Below, one piece after another: positions 10,277 through 19,611 of a DNA stretch of 64,000 bases. The notes below the pieces were generated by a model. That model searched no databases, was not told the origin of the DNA, and saw only the letters and a list, made by a program, of their open reading frames with translations. The translations under genes and the position numbers were made by a program. Position 1 is the stretch's first letter; every line of letters begins with the position of its first letter. Source of the stretch: Desulfomonilia bacterium (GTDB lineage: Bacteria; Desulfobacterota; Desulfomonilia; UBA1062); the NCBI GenBank assembly GCA_050014195.1, contig JBEKDT010000020.1:24006-88005 (forward strand), written 5' to 3'.

Positions 10277-10297
10277 GTATTACGTGCGGATCACCGT
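10277..10297 (-). other. Remnant right half of an attC site
   Basis: Minus strand GGTGATCC-GCAC-GTAATAC, same spacing as GCTGAGCC-GTGT-GTTATGC in the next attC; GTT changed to GTA. Confidence 0.6.
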
Positions 10298-10300
10298 CAG

Positions 10301-10453
10301 CTATAAGTCCCGGCCTATACAGATAAGAACAATTACAACTGGTACTAAGATTCCAGTTGTTTCAAATATTTTGGCAATGCCTGAAACAATAAGACCGATC
10401 AAAACAAGAAAGATAATAGCAGTGCTCTCAGCCTTTGTAATTCTACGTGGCAT
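10301..10453 (-). pseudogene. 50-aa hydrophobic ORF, probably a truncated cassette gene
   Basis: GGGAGG RBS then MPRRITKAESTAIIFLVLIGLIVSGIAKIFETTGILVPVVIVLICIGRDL*; runs into the half attC; below the ORF-track size cut-off. Confidence 0.55.
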
Positions 10454-10469
10454 TAGCACCTCCCTTTAA

Positions 10470-10535
10470 GCATAACACACGGCTCAGCGGGAGTGGCCGC
10501 CTTTTGCCACGATCCGCTGCAGCCTATGGTTAAAT
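10470..10535 (-). other. attC site (66 bp)
   Basis: Minus strand ATTTAAC-CATA-GGCTGCAGCGGATCGTGGC...GCCACTCCCGCTGAGCC-GTGT-GTTATGC; the upstream gene's stop codon lies inside the AAC core. Confidence 0.88.
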
Positions 10536-11162
10536 GCTCCCTTTATCAGTCATTTTGGCGTGCTCCCAGATTTGCTCTAATGGCGATATGTCGTTCGGCA
10601 GATCATTTAGTGCTGCGGCTGTGAGGGATATCAAAAGGTCAAACACTCCCCGCCGACCTATCAGGTTGACGAGCCTCTCCGCAGCTTCTTTACGTTCAGC
10701 ACTATCAAACACCATAGAGAGTTCCGGTACTTCGGATACTATATCCTCATGAATCGCCTCGAAAACCGTCTTGTTCAGTTTGAATAGCTCACGCAGTCGA
10801 GAACTTACCGATTGGCTCTCGAAGCTGCCTTCCATCGCCGAGTGCGCAAACTCGTTTCTGATTTTTCTGAGTAGATGGAGGCTCGACCGAACTGACAGTC
10901 GAATGAGACCGATGCGGTACGCAAAATCTATTTTTGCAGAAAAGGTGGATAGAGGCGCGTAGGGGCCTGAGAACAATTCATCATCTCGTTCAGGAGATGG
11001 AACAAGTCGTGCTGAGAGCATATGCTCAAGGGTGTCCTCCAGCAACGCGGCGGCCACGATGACAGCACCGCGGTCCGTCTCACTCCTGAGCTGTTTTTTG
11101 AGGGCGAGAAAACGGTCTGCCATAGCGTGGCTTCTTGCGGTTTCGTCCGAATCGGTTGCCAT
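10530..11162 (-). CDS. MtlR-like/HEPN-superfamily protein (gene cassette)
   Basis: ETDRGAVIVAAALLE, PLSTFSAKI and LRKIRNEFAH (RxxxxH); the ORF-track start at 11219 lies in the attC, so ATG 11162 is preferred. Confidence 0.8.
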   Translation of the reverse strand: MATDSDETARSHAMADRFLALKKQLRSETDRGAVIVAAALLEDTLEHMLSARLVPSPERDDELFSGPYAPLSTFSAKIDFAYRIGLIRLSVRSSLHLLRKIRNEFAHSAMEGSFESQSVSSRLRELFKLNKTVFEAIHEDIVSEVPELSMVFDSAERKEAAERLVNLIGRRGVFDLLISLTAAALNDLPNDISPLEQIWEHAKMTDKGSI

Positions 11163-11191
11163 AATGTTTCCTAAGTGTTTAGGTTCTACGC

Positions 11192-11246
11192 GCTTAATGC
11201 TCGGCGTCAGGCGCTGCAAAGTGTCGCCTGCACGCCGTTGTTGGCC
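11192..11246 (-). other. attC site (55 bp) with mutated crossover triplet
   Basis: Minus strand GGCCAAC-AAC-GGCGTGCAGGCG...CGCCTGACGCC-GAGC-ATTAAGC (GTT changed to ATT). Confidence 0.8.
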
Positions 11247-11253
11247 GCTTCAT

Positions 11254-11937
11254 TTAGCGCTTTAGATTCACCTTCAAGAACCAGTAACCCTCATGGTGTT
11301 GCTCACCCGCTGGCTCGATCTCCACTATTGAGGAGAAAATCGGACCATCCGTCACAACAGTGTGATACTCACCCAATTCGCCCGACGGATCAATTCCATT
11401 TTCTTCCATATCCACAATTGTCTGAGCCTGTATGGTCTTTCCCAAGAAACTCTTGTCCATCTTCTGTTCATTGATGACGACAATCTTGGCTATAAACCCC
11501 AGACCAATCAATTCTTCCAGTAGTTCGCGCCGATCTCGTTTCCAGAGGGGATGAATCGGTACGATCCCCGCATCATCACACACACGTCTAACCCATTCAC
11601 GATGGGAGTCCACGTCAATATCCCCGAATACACCAACTTCGATTCCGGATTTCTTGAACTCGTGAAGGGCAGAAACAAATTCCACTTCGTATTGCTGCCA
11701 TGTGGCTGAACGGAAAGCGGACAGCAAACCTAAGCTTCTGGCCTGTTCCTCAATCAACGGTTTGGGCAGTGCATGGGAACGCGAAGTTACACCGTCTTCT
11801 GATAGGATAGTGAGAAGGGATTGGGGCTTACCGCCGTTCTGAATGGCGTGATACAGAGCGAGACATGAGTCTTTACCCCCACTCCATGAACAGAAGAACG
11901 GACGCCCAGCAATTGATTCCTCGGTGTTATCTGTCAT
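11254..11937 (-). CDS. Diphthine-ammonia ligase (Dph6/MJ0570)-like PP-loop ATPase (gene cassette)
   Basis: SWSGGKDS, VFGDI, PLW and DPSGELGEYHTVV; preceded by core site GTTGGCC at 11950-11956. Confidence 0.88.
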   Translation of the reverse strand: MTDNTEESIAGRPFFCSWSGGKDSCLALYHAIQNGGKPQSLLTILSEDGVTSRSHALPKPLIEEQARSLGLLSAFRSATWQQYEVEFVSALHEFKKSGIEVGVFGDIDVDSHREWVRRVCDDAGIVPIHPLWKRDRRELLEELIGLGFIAKIVVINEQKMDKSFLGKTIQAQTIVDMEENGIDPSGELGEYHTVVTDGPIFSSIVEIEPAGEQHHEGYWFLKVNLKR

Positions 11938-12127
11938 TTTGTCTTCTCCGGCCAACAATTACTCTACTGCACCTTTGCTTCACCTATCTCGTTATCCGAA
12001 GCACAATTGCAGTATATCCGTATATTGAGTGCGCGGCAATATGCTGTTAAATTACTTAAACGCCATAATCCTTAAGATAATCATGAGAATCAGAAAACCT
12101 ACAGCCCGGCGCCGGCTTCCATCCTCA

Positions 12128-13018
12128 TCATTTTCTCTGCATGGCCGTCTCAAGCCTTCTGACTGCCAGGGAGCAGGTAAAAGTCAGGATGAAATACATG
12201 GCCGTAATGGTGATCCAGATCTCGAATGTGCGATAGGTGGACGACATGATCTCCATGCCCTGGAAGGTCAGATCCTGAATGGATATTACAGAGACGATGG
12301 CAGAGTCCTTAATGGTAGAGATCAGCTGGCCGGCCAGCGGCGGCAGGATTCTTATCGTTGCCTGCGGGAAGATGATATGCCGCATCTGCTGCCACTTGGT
12401 AAACCCCAGTGCGCTTGATGCCTCCCACTGCCCCCGCTCGATTGATGTTATGCCCGCACGTACGATCTCGGTGATGTATGCGCCTTCGTAAAGCGCCAGC
12501 ATGGCAACTGCAGAGACAAACACGGGCAGTTGCGAAATCGGGGCACAGCAGCCTGCCAGGAATTCCTGCGCCCCCGGCCTGAGGGATTGGAGCAGTGTGT
12601 TGACCCCGAATGCGTTCAAGATCTGGTCGCTGACAAAATAATACACGATGAACACAAGGACCAGAGGCGGCATGTTCCGGATGAGCTCTACATATGTCCT
12701 GCCGACCATACGGCGGAAGAGCCTCTTACTGACCCTGAACAGGGCCATGATAACCCCGATGATCGTAGCAAGCAGGGTGGACCATATGCTGAGCTTGATG
12801 GTCGTCAGGAAACCCTGCATCAGGAGATTGGGAACCCATCTGCCCTTTCCCATATCAAAGCGGAAGAGATACTGGGGTATGACTTCCCAGTGCCAGTTAT
12901 ATCGCAGGTCCACCCTGATCTTGTGGACGACCCAGAAGGAGACGGCCGCAAGCACACTGAGAACTATTGCATCCACAATAGTGAGCCTGAGCCTCTTCTC
13001 CACGATCGCCTCATCCAC
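12128..13018 (-). CDS. Polar amino acid ABC transporter permease
   Basis: YVELIRNMPPLV, EIVRAGI..GQWEA and IKDSAI. Confidence 0.92.
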   Translation of the reverse strand: MDEAIVEKRLRLTIVDAIVLSVLAAVSFWVVHKIRVDLRYNWHWEVIPQYLFRFDMGKGRWVPNLLMQGFLTTIKLSIWSTLLATIIGVIMALFRVSKRLFRRMVGRTYVELIRNMPPLVLVFIVYYFVSDQILNAFGVNTLLQSLRPGAQEFLAGCCAPISQLPVFVSAVAMLALYEGAYITEIVRAGITSIERGQWEASSALGFTKWQQMRHIIFPQATIRILPPLAGQLISTIKDSAIVSVISIQDLTFQGMEIMSSTYRTFEIWITITAMYFILTFTCSLAVRRLETAMQRK

Positions 13019-13025
13019 GGTAATG

Positions 13026-13073
13026 CCGGTGCCGACATTTTTTCAAGCAGGACACATATTGTGCCGGCACCGG
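13026..13073. other. Intergenic stem-loop after the binding-protein gene
   Basis: CCGGTGCCGACA...TGTGCCGGCACCGG imperfect inverted repeat. Confidence 0.45.
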
Positions 13074-13091
13074 AAAAGGGTTTAACTTCTT

Positions 13092-13925
13092 CTATTCAAT
13101 GGAATTCTTCCATTCCTTGGTCTCAAACCAGTAATGCTTGCGCTCCTTGAGCCATCCTTCGGCCTCCACCACAATGATCCAGTTATTCAGGAAGTTCAGG
13201 GTATCCACATCACCCTTGACGATGGCAAACCCGATGGGCTCACGCGTGAAATTTTCCTTCAGCGGCAGGAAGAGCTTGTCCGGGTATTCAAGGGCTTGGA
13301 AGGCAGGCAGAGGTGCCGATGCAATCAGGGCATGGACGCGTCCGTTCAGCAGCTCCTGTACGGCCTGGGATTCGTCATCGAAGAGCCTGAGATTGGCATT
13401 CGGTGTAAATCTCTTGGCCGCTGCTGCCGCTGTAGTCCCGATCCTGGCAGCAATCGTCACGGAGGGTTTGTTGAAGTCCGATAACGTCTTAAACCCCTTG
13501 GCGAGTTTCTTGCTGGCTACAATGGACATCCCTGTATAATCATACGGCTGGGAGAAATTCACCTTGAGGTTCCGTTCGGGTGTTATACCCATGCCGCCGA
13601 TAATCATGTCGAATTTGCCTGTGAGCAGCGCCGGAAGGATTCCCGACCATTTGGTAGGCACAAACTCCACCTTGACGCCCATATCCTGTGCCAGCCTTTT
13701 GGCCACATCGATTTCGAAGCCCACTAGGTTGCCCTGTTTATCCTTCATGGCCCAAGGCACAAAGGTAGACATCCCTACCCTGAGCACACCCTTTTGGAGC
13801 ACCTGCTCGATGGTGCTCTGGCTCAAAAGTTCATCCCTGACGCTCTTGGCTGCAATCAACAGCCCTGCACACAAAATGATGACAAGCACGAGAGCCGCCG
13901 TGATTGAAACTCTCTTCTTTTTCAT
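13092..13925 (-). CDS. Polar amino acid ABC transporter substrate-binding protein (SBP_bac_3)
   Basis: GVLRVG, GFEIDVA, GKFDMII and VNFSQPY; AGGAGGG RBS before ATG 13925. Confidence 0.92.
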   Translation of the reverse strand: MKKKRVSITAALVLVIILCAGLLIAAKSVRDELLSQSTIEQVLQKGVLRVGMSTFVPWAMKDKQGNLVGFEIDVAKRLAQDMGVKVEFVPTKWSGILPALLTGKFDMIIGGMGITPERNLKVNFSQPYDYTGMSIVASKKLAKGFKTLSDFNKPSVTIAARIGTTAAAAAKRFTPNANLRLFDDESQAVQELLNGRVHALIASAPLPAFQALEYPDKLFLPLKENFTREPIGFAIVKGDVDTLNFLNNWIIVVEAEGWLKERKHYWFETKEWKNSIE

Positions 13926-13963
13926 ACGAATAATCCCTCCTTTTTTAATTACCTGCCGCTTCA

Positions 13964-14788
13964 TTATGATCGCACCGCTGTCATTCTCTTTTCCATCTCA
14001 TGTGCAATTGTCGAGAGGCTCATGGTGATGACCAGATAAATTGCCGCCACGGTGAACCAGATTTCAAAGACCAGAAATGTCTCCGCCACGATGGCCTGAC
14101 CCTGCATGGTCAAGTCATAGATGGCGATTGTGCTTACAAGGGCCGAGTCCTTGATAAGCGACACGGCCTGGCTTGTCAGGGGTGGTAGGATCCGGCGGAC
14201 CGCCTGCGGGAGGATAACGAAGCGGTATGCCTCAAAAGTGGACAGCCCCGAGCTTAAGCCGGCTTCCCACTGTCCCCTGGGTATGGACTCGATCCCTGAC
14301 CGAAAGATCTCGGAGATGTAGGCCCCCTCAAAAAGACTCAAGGCGAGTACCGCAGATGTGAAGGCCCCGATACCCACAATGGGTGAGATGACAAAGTAGA
14401 GCAAGAAGAGCTGGATGAGCAGCGGGGTATTTCTGATCAGCTCCAGATATGCCCTTGCAAGCGCCCTGGCGGAGAAAGAGCTGGAAAGCCTCATCAAAAC
14501 CGTTACAAGCCCGATGGCAAATGCCATCACCAGGCTCACTCCTGTTATGCGAAACGTCACCATGAGCCCCTTCAGAAGAGGCCCAGCAATGAGACCGGCA
14601 TCGGTTCTTGTGAAGAGATACCTGGGGACCCGGTACCATTGCCAGTTATATCCGAGTGTGGTGGTCCCCTTGATCATGAGGAGAACGACCAGGGTGACCA
14701 GGATGAGGTATTTCCCAAGGTCCATGAACATTCTGCTCGGGGCGATATGTCCAGGCAAAATCTGATTGCGAATAAGTTGTCTCGCCAT
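13964..14788 (-). CDS. Polar amino acid ABC transporter permease
   Basis: YLELIRNTPLLIQ, EIFRSGIESIPRGQWEA and IKDSAL. Confidence 0.92.
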   Translation of the reverse strand: MARQLIRNQILPGHIAPSRMFMDLGKYLILVTLVVLLMIKGTTTLGYNWQWYRVPRYLFTRTDAGLIAGPLLKGLMVTFRITGVSLVMAFAIGLVTVLMRLSSSFSARALARAYLELIRNTPLLIQLFLLYFVISPIVGIGAFTSAVLALSLFEGAYISEIFRSGIESIPRGQWEAGLSSGLSTFEAYRFVILPQAVRRILPPLTSQAVSLIKDSALVSTIAIYDLTMQGQAIVAETFLVFEIWFTVAAIYLVITMSLSTIAHEMEKRMTAVRS

Positions 14789-14863
14789 CCGTTATTTATC
14801 CTTCATACCTTACGGATTAGGTCGACGAAGTTCCATGTCCCGGTGAATGAGCATACGGAAACC

Positions 14864-16516
14864 TCAGATCCCTGCATGGGTAAAAACCTGGGAGATGAGG
14901 CTACGTGCGCCTTCCTGAAGCTGCTTTAGATGCCCCTGCCCCTTGAAGCTTTCCGCATAGATCTTATACACATCCTCGGTACCCGAGGGCCGTGCTGCAA
15001 ACCACCCAGCCTCTGTGGCCACCTTGATCCCGCCGATGGGAGAACGGTTGGCAGGGGCTTCGTTCAGGATCTCGACAATCGGGTCGCCGGCAAGATCCTT
15101 CTGGGTGATGATACCGGGAGAAAGCTTTCCCAGTACACTCTTCTGAGCCTGGGTCGCCTGGACATCGATACGCTCATAGACAAAAGCGCCGAACCTGGTC
15201 TCAAGATCCTTATAGAGCTCGTGGGGGTCCTTCCCCCGTATTGCCATCATCTCGGCAGCAAGAAGGTCCATGATGAAACCGTCCTTGTCCGTTGTCCATA
15301 CCGTGCCGTCCATGCGCAGAAACGATGCACCGGCGCTCTCCTCCCCGCCAAAGCCTAAAGATCCGTCTATAAGACCCTTGACGAACCATTTGAACCCCAC
15401 AGGCACCTCAACGAGCGATCTGCCCAATTGATGAGTGACGCGGTCGATCATAGAGCTGCTTACCAGGGTCTTGCCGACAGAGGCATCCTTCCTCCATTTT
15501 TCCCTGGTTGTAAAAAGGTATTCAATGGCAACCGAGAGGTAGTGGTTCGGATTCATGAGCCCGCCTGTCTTTGTAACAATGCCGTGCCGGTCAAAGTCGG
15601 GGTCGTTCCCGAAGGCGAGGTCGAAATTTTCTCTCAGACCGATGAGGCCTGCCATGGCATAGGGCGAAGAGCAGTCCATCCTGATCTTGCCGTCGTGGTC
15701 CACGGTCATGAAGCTGAAGGTCGGGTCGGCCTTGCCATGCATAAGCTCGATATCAAGCCCGTAACGCCCCGCTATGTGAGGCCAGAAGGCGAAACCCGAG
15801 CCGCCAAGTGCGTCTGCGCCAAGCCTAAGTCCGGCCGAAGATACGGCATCCATGTTGATGATACTGGAGAGCCCTTCCACATACGGGCCGATATAATCAT
15901 ACACAGTCGTGGTGGGCGCCTTGATGGCCCGCTCAAAGGGTATGCGCCTCACTTGGGCATTATGGCCTTCGAGAAGCTCATTGGCCCTTCGGGCAATCCA
16001 TGCGGTGATATTCGTGTCCGCAGGTCCTCCCTCGGGCGGGTTGTACTTAAAACCCCCGTCTTCGGGCGGGTTGTGGGACGGAGTGACCACGATGCCGTCT
16101 GCAAAAGAACTTTTCCTGCCTCTATTATAATCAAGGATGGCATGTGATATCACAGGCGTAGGGGTGAACCCCCCGCCCTCGGCGATCATGACTGTTACGG
16201 CATTTGCTGCAAGGACCTCCAGTGCCGTCCGGAAGGCCGGCTCGGAGAGTGCATGGGTATCCTTGCCCAGGAAAAGCGGGCCGTCGATGGACAGCTCTTT
16301 CTTATAGTCGCAGAGGGCCTGGGTAATGGCGAGGATATGGTCCTCATTAAAACTGTACTGGAGGGAAGAGCCCCGGTGGCCGGAAGTGCCGAATGACACC
16401 CGGTGGCTGGAAACAGTCGGGTCAGGATGAAATGAATAGTAGGCATCATTGAGTGCCTCTACATTCACAAGCATCTCAGATGGTGCCGGCTTGCCCGCAA
16501 GATGATGCACTCCCAT
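14864..16516 (-). CDS. pgm: Phosphoglucomutase, alpha-D-glucose-phosphate specific
   Basis: FGTSGHRG, TPSHNPP, DPDFDR, GGEESAG and RPSGTE. Confidence 0.96.
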   Translation of the reverse strand: MGVHHLAGKPAPSEMLVNVEALNDAYYSFHPDPTVSSHRVSFGTSGHRGSSLQYSFNEDHILAITQALCDYKKELSIDGPLFLGKDTHALSEPAFRTALEVLAANAVTVMIAEGGGFTPTPVISHAILDYNRGRKSSFADGIVVTPSHNPPEDGGFKYNPPEGGPADTNITAWIARRANELLEGHNAQVRRIPFERAIKAPTTTVYDYIGPYVEGLSSIINMDAVSSAGLRLGADALGGSGFAFWPHIAGRYGLDIELMHGKADPTFSFMTVDHDGKIRMDCSSPYAMAGLIGLRENFDLAFGNDPDFDRHGIVTKTGGLMNPNHYLSVAIEYLFTTREKWRKDASVGKTLVSSSMIDRVTHQLGRSLVEVPVGFKWFVKGLIDGSLGFGGEESAGASFLRMDGTVWTTDKDGFIMDLLAAEMMAIRGKDPHELYKDLETRFGAFVYERIDVQATQAQKSVLGKLSPGIITQKDLAGDPIVEILNEAPANRSPIGGIKVATEAGWFAARPSGTEDVYKIYAESFKGQGHLKQLQEGARSLISQVFTHAGI

Positions 16517-16578
16517 ATGAGGATTTACCCCCTCGGTGATTTTTTCATGGCATGCATGGGCCGTTCTACCAACAATAA

Positions 16579-16694
16579 GTAGGGAACGGTCGCGACCGTT
16601 TCTTTTTATATTAACTCTCTTATATTAACTGATAATAGAGGCCGGGGGAAGTCTTAGATTGCACAAAAAGGGAACGATCGCGATTGTTCCCTAC
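16579..16694. repeat. Pair of GTAG-type REP-like palindromes
   Basis: GTAGGGAACGGTCGCGACCGTT at 16579 and AGGGAACGATCGCGATTGTTCCCTAC at 16669. Confidence 0.65.
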
Positions 16695-16709
16695 ACATCG
16701 CATTCATAC

Positions 16710-16739
16710 TTGACAACTACTAGACGACCGGTCTATTAA
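16710..16739 (+). promoter_or_regulatory. sigma70 promoter with NemR-type operator
   Basis: TTGACA at 16710-16715; palindrome TAGAC-GACCG-GTCTA at 16721-16735 lies between -35 and -10. Confidence 0.7.
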
Positions 16740-16762
16740 GTGAATTCTCAGAGGTTCCATCC

Positions 16763-17353
16763 ATGGCAAAGGATACCACCAAGCTTTCCATTATCAAACA
16801 TGGCGCTCGCCTGGTGCATGCTAAGGGATACAACAATACCGGCCTGTCCGACATCCTTCGCTCAGCAGGGGTCCCCAAGGGATCGTTCTACTTCTACTTC
16901 AAGAACAAGGATGACTTTGGTCTCGCCATCATTGACCACTACTGGGAATTTATTGCCGGCATGGGTGAAACATATCTTGGCGACACAAGCAAACCTCCCT
17001 TAGAAAGGCTTTCCAACTTTATAGATGCCTACCAGGATCTCTTCGAGAAGATGAGGCTGCGCTGCGGATGCCCCATCGGAAACCTTATGCAGGAGATGAG
17101 CGACTTGAGCGATGCCTTCAGGGAGAAGATCGATGCTATCTACTCAAACATGAAAGCCCTTTTGCAGCAATGTCTTGCTGAGGCGCAAGAGAGAGGGGAT
17201 ATCTCCGTGGACATCGATCCGGCACGGACCGCCCAGTTCATCCTCAACAGCTGGGAAGGTGCCATCATGCATATGAAGCTTGTGAAAGACAACGAGCCTT
17301 TGAAGGTTTTTAAGCAAATGATCTTTGAGCGCATCTTGAAAAAGGGAATTTAG
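16763..17353 (+). CDS. TetR-family regulator, NemR-like
   Basis: GYNNTGLSDILRSAGVPKGSFYFYF, GCPIGNL and WEGA. Confidence 0.88.
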   Translation: MAKDTTKLSIIKHGARLVHAKGYNNTGLSDILRSAGVPKGSFYFYFKNKDDFGLAIIDHYWEFIAGMGETYLGDTSKPPLERLSNFIDAYQDLFEKMRLRCGCPIGNLMQEMSDLSDAFREKIDAIYSNMKALLQQCLAEAQERGDISVDIDPARTAQFILNSWEGAIMHMKLVKDNEPLKVFKQMIFERILKKGI

Positions 17354-17365
17354 GGAGGGAATAAA

Positions 17366-19603
17366 ATGGGCGAATGGAAAAAGACGGGCTGTGTGCTCTG
17401 TGCACAGAACTGTGGGCTTGAAGTGCTGGTAGAGGACAACCGGATCACCAAGGTAAAGGGCGACAAGGACAACCCCCGCTCCAAAGGCTATGTCTGCCGC
17501 AAGGGCGCCAACATCGCCTTTCATCAGCATCACAAGGACAGGCTGACCCATCCCCTTAAGCGTGTGGGAGACAAATTCGAACGTATCACATGGGATACGG
17601 CAATCAGCGAGATCGCCGGCAGACTTAAGGAAATCGTCGGGACATACGGACCGAAAGCATATGCCTATATGGGCGGAGGCGGCCAGGGCTGCCATTTCGA
17701 TGCAGCCTTCGGGGTAAGGCTCATGCGGGCGCTGGGTTCACGCTATCACTACAGCCCGCTTGCCCAGGAACTCACCGGCATATTCTGGGCCAGCGGCAGA
17801 TTAACAGGCAGGCAGTACCTGTTCGGTATACCCGACGAGCACAGATCCGACATGCTGCTCGCCATCGGGTGGAACGGCATGCAGAGCCACCAGATGCCCA
17901 GGGCTCCCCTTGTACTCAAGGAGTTTTCCAAAGACCCGGACAAGCTGCTCGTTGTCATTGACCCGAGGCGCTCCGAGACGGCGGAGATCGCCGACATCCA
18001 CCTGGCTATCCGGCCCGGTACGGACGCCCTGCTCGCCCGTGCCATGATAGCTATTATCATCCAGGAAGGCTGGTACAATAAAGAATACATTGATCAGCAT
18101 GTGAGCGGTTTTGCAGAGATCGAGCCGTGGTTTAAGGGGTTCGATGCAAGGAAGGCCATTGAGATCTGCGAACTCGACTACGACCGGATTCGCGAGGTGT
18201 GCAGGCTGCTGGCCACCAGGAAATGGTGCATGCATCCCGACCTCGGGGTTTACATGAACCGCCACAGCACTGCCGCCACATATCTCTACCTCATCTTGAG
18301 CACCATCTGCGGCAGGTTCTGTGTGCCCGGCGGCAACGTAATCCCGGGCCACCTCATGCCTTTGGGGGCGCATACGGACGAGCGCAACCCAAAGACCTGG
18401 CGTACCGTAACGACCGGCTTCCCGGCACTCATGGGGGTATTCCCGCCGAATGTGCTTCCCGAAGAGATCATGGGCGACCATCCGGACAGGACCAGGGCCG
18501 TGCTCTGCTGCCAGTCGAATCCGCTGCGCTCCTATGCGGACACCACAGCCTACGAAGAGGCCTTCAGGAAGCTCGATCTGCTGGTCACCTGCGAGCTGGC
18601 CATGACCGAAACAGCGGCACTCTCACACTATGTCCTGCCCGCGATGTCGGGCTATGAATCCTGGGACGGCACCTTCTTCACCTGGACCTTCCCCGAAATC
18701 TACTTTCAGATGAGACGGCCTGTTGTGGAGCCTGTAGGAGAACCACTCCACCTGAGCGAGATCCTGGTACGGCTCGCAGATGCACTCGGCATTATCCCTG
18801 CTATCCCGCAGTCCCTGTCCGATGCAGCTTCGAAGGACCGCATGACCTATGGCATGGAGCTCATGAAGTTTGTCCAGGAAAACCCGGCCGCCCTCGGGGA
18901 TATGCCCTACATCCTTGCCAAGACCCTGGGCAGGACCCTTGGATCGCCGAATCTTGCAGCGCTCTGGGGCCTGCTCCAGGCCGCCCCGAAGAGCTTCCGC
19001 AAGGCGGCGGCCCGCGCAGGGTTCACCCCCGGCATCACCCTGGGAGAGGAGGTCTTCCAGTCCATACTCGACCACCCGGAAGGGGTCATCATCGGGAAGG
19101 CCGATACGGATGATAATTTCGCCATGCTGGCCACCGATGACGGCCGCATCCACATCCACATCCCCGAAATGGAGGAATGGGTCAAAGGCATCGAACCTGC
19201 ATCCGAAGAGGCATCGCTCCGGCCCGACCCGGCCTACCCGCTCATCCTCCAGGCAGGCCGCCACATGAGCATGAACGCCAACACCATCATGCGCGATCCT
19301 GCATGGAACCAGGGCAAACGGGCATGCACCCTGGCCATGCACCCTGAAGATGCAGCAATCTTGAGCCTGACAGACGGTCAGAGGGTACGCATCGTGACCG
19401 AGGCCAGCCGGGCCGAGATCGAACTGGAGCTGACACCTGCCACCCGCAAGGGCCAGGTGATCATCCCCCACGGGTTCGGACTGGTACACGACGGCAAGAC
19501 CTACGGTGCGAATGTGAACCGCCTCACCAAGAACACCTACCGGGACAAGTTTGCAGGCACACCGCTGCACCGGTACGTGAGATGCCGGGTCGAGGCGGTA
19601 TGA
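17366..19603 (+). CDS. Molybdopterin-dependent oxidoreductase (DMSO reductase family) catalytic subunit
   Basis: CVLCAQNC...C 4Fe-4S motif, RLTHPLKR, IRPGTD, TETAALSHYVLP and a C-terminal MGD-binding domain. Confidence 0.9.
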   Translation: MGEWKKTGCVLCAQNCGLEVLVEDNRITKVKGDKDNPRSKGYVCRKGANIAFHQHHKDRLTHPLKRVGDKFERITWDTAISEIAGRLKEIVGTYGPKAYAYMGGGGQGCHFDAAFGVRLMRALGSRYHYSPLAQELTGIFWASGRLTGRQYLFGIPDEHRSDMLLAIGWNGMQSHQMPRAPLVLKEFSKDPDKLLVVIDPRRSETAEIADIHLAIRPGTDALLARAMIAIIIQEGWYNKEYIDQHVSGFAEIEPWFKGFDARKAIEICELDYDRIREVCRLLATRKWCMHPDLGVYMNRHSTAATYLYLILSTICGRFCVPGGNVIPGHLMPLGAHTDERNPKTWRTVTTGFPALMGVFPPNVLPEEIMGDHPDRTRAVLCCQSNPLRSYADTTAYEEAFRKLDLLVTCELAMTETAALSHYVLPAMSGYESWDGTFFTWTFPEIYFQMRRPVVEPVGEPLHLSEILVRLADALGIIPAIPQSLSDAASKDRMTYGMELMKFVQENPAALGDMPYILAKTLGRTLGSPNLAALWGLLQAAPKSFRKAAARAGFTPGITLGEEVFQSILDHPEGVIIGKADTDDNFAMLATDDGRIHIHIPEMEEWVKGIEPASEEASLRPDPAYPLILQAGRHMSMNANTIMRDPAWNQGKRACTLAMHPEDAAILSLTDGQRVRIVTEASRAEIELELTPATRKGQVIIPHGFGLVHDGKTYGANVNRLTKNTYRDKFAGTPLHRYVRCRVEAV

Positions 19604-19611
19604 ATTTTTAT

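Larger units (their letters stand above)
9877..11956 (-). mobile_element. Integron gene-cassette array lacking an integrase (CALIN), four cassettes
   Basis: Co-oriented ORFs separated by attC-like palindromes with AAC/GTT core sites; no intI in the window. Confidence 0.82.

Noticed and set aside
10272-10469. 65-aa plus-strand ORF
   Set aside because: Antisense to the RBS-supported minus-strand cassette stub
11957-12070. Possible attI site or integrase remnant upstream of the first cassette
   Set aside because: Only the GTTGGCC core is clear; no recognisable L box, attC palindrome or intI fragment
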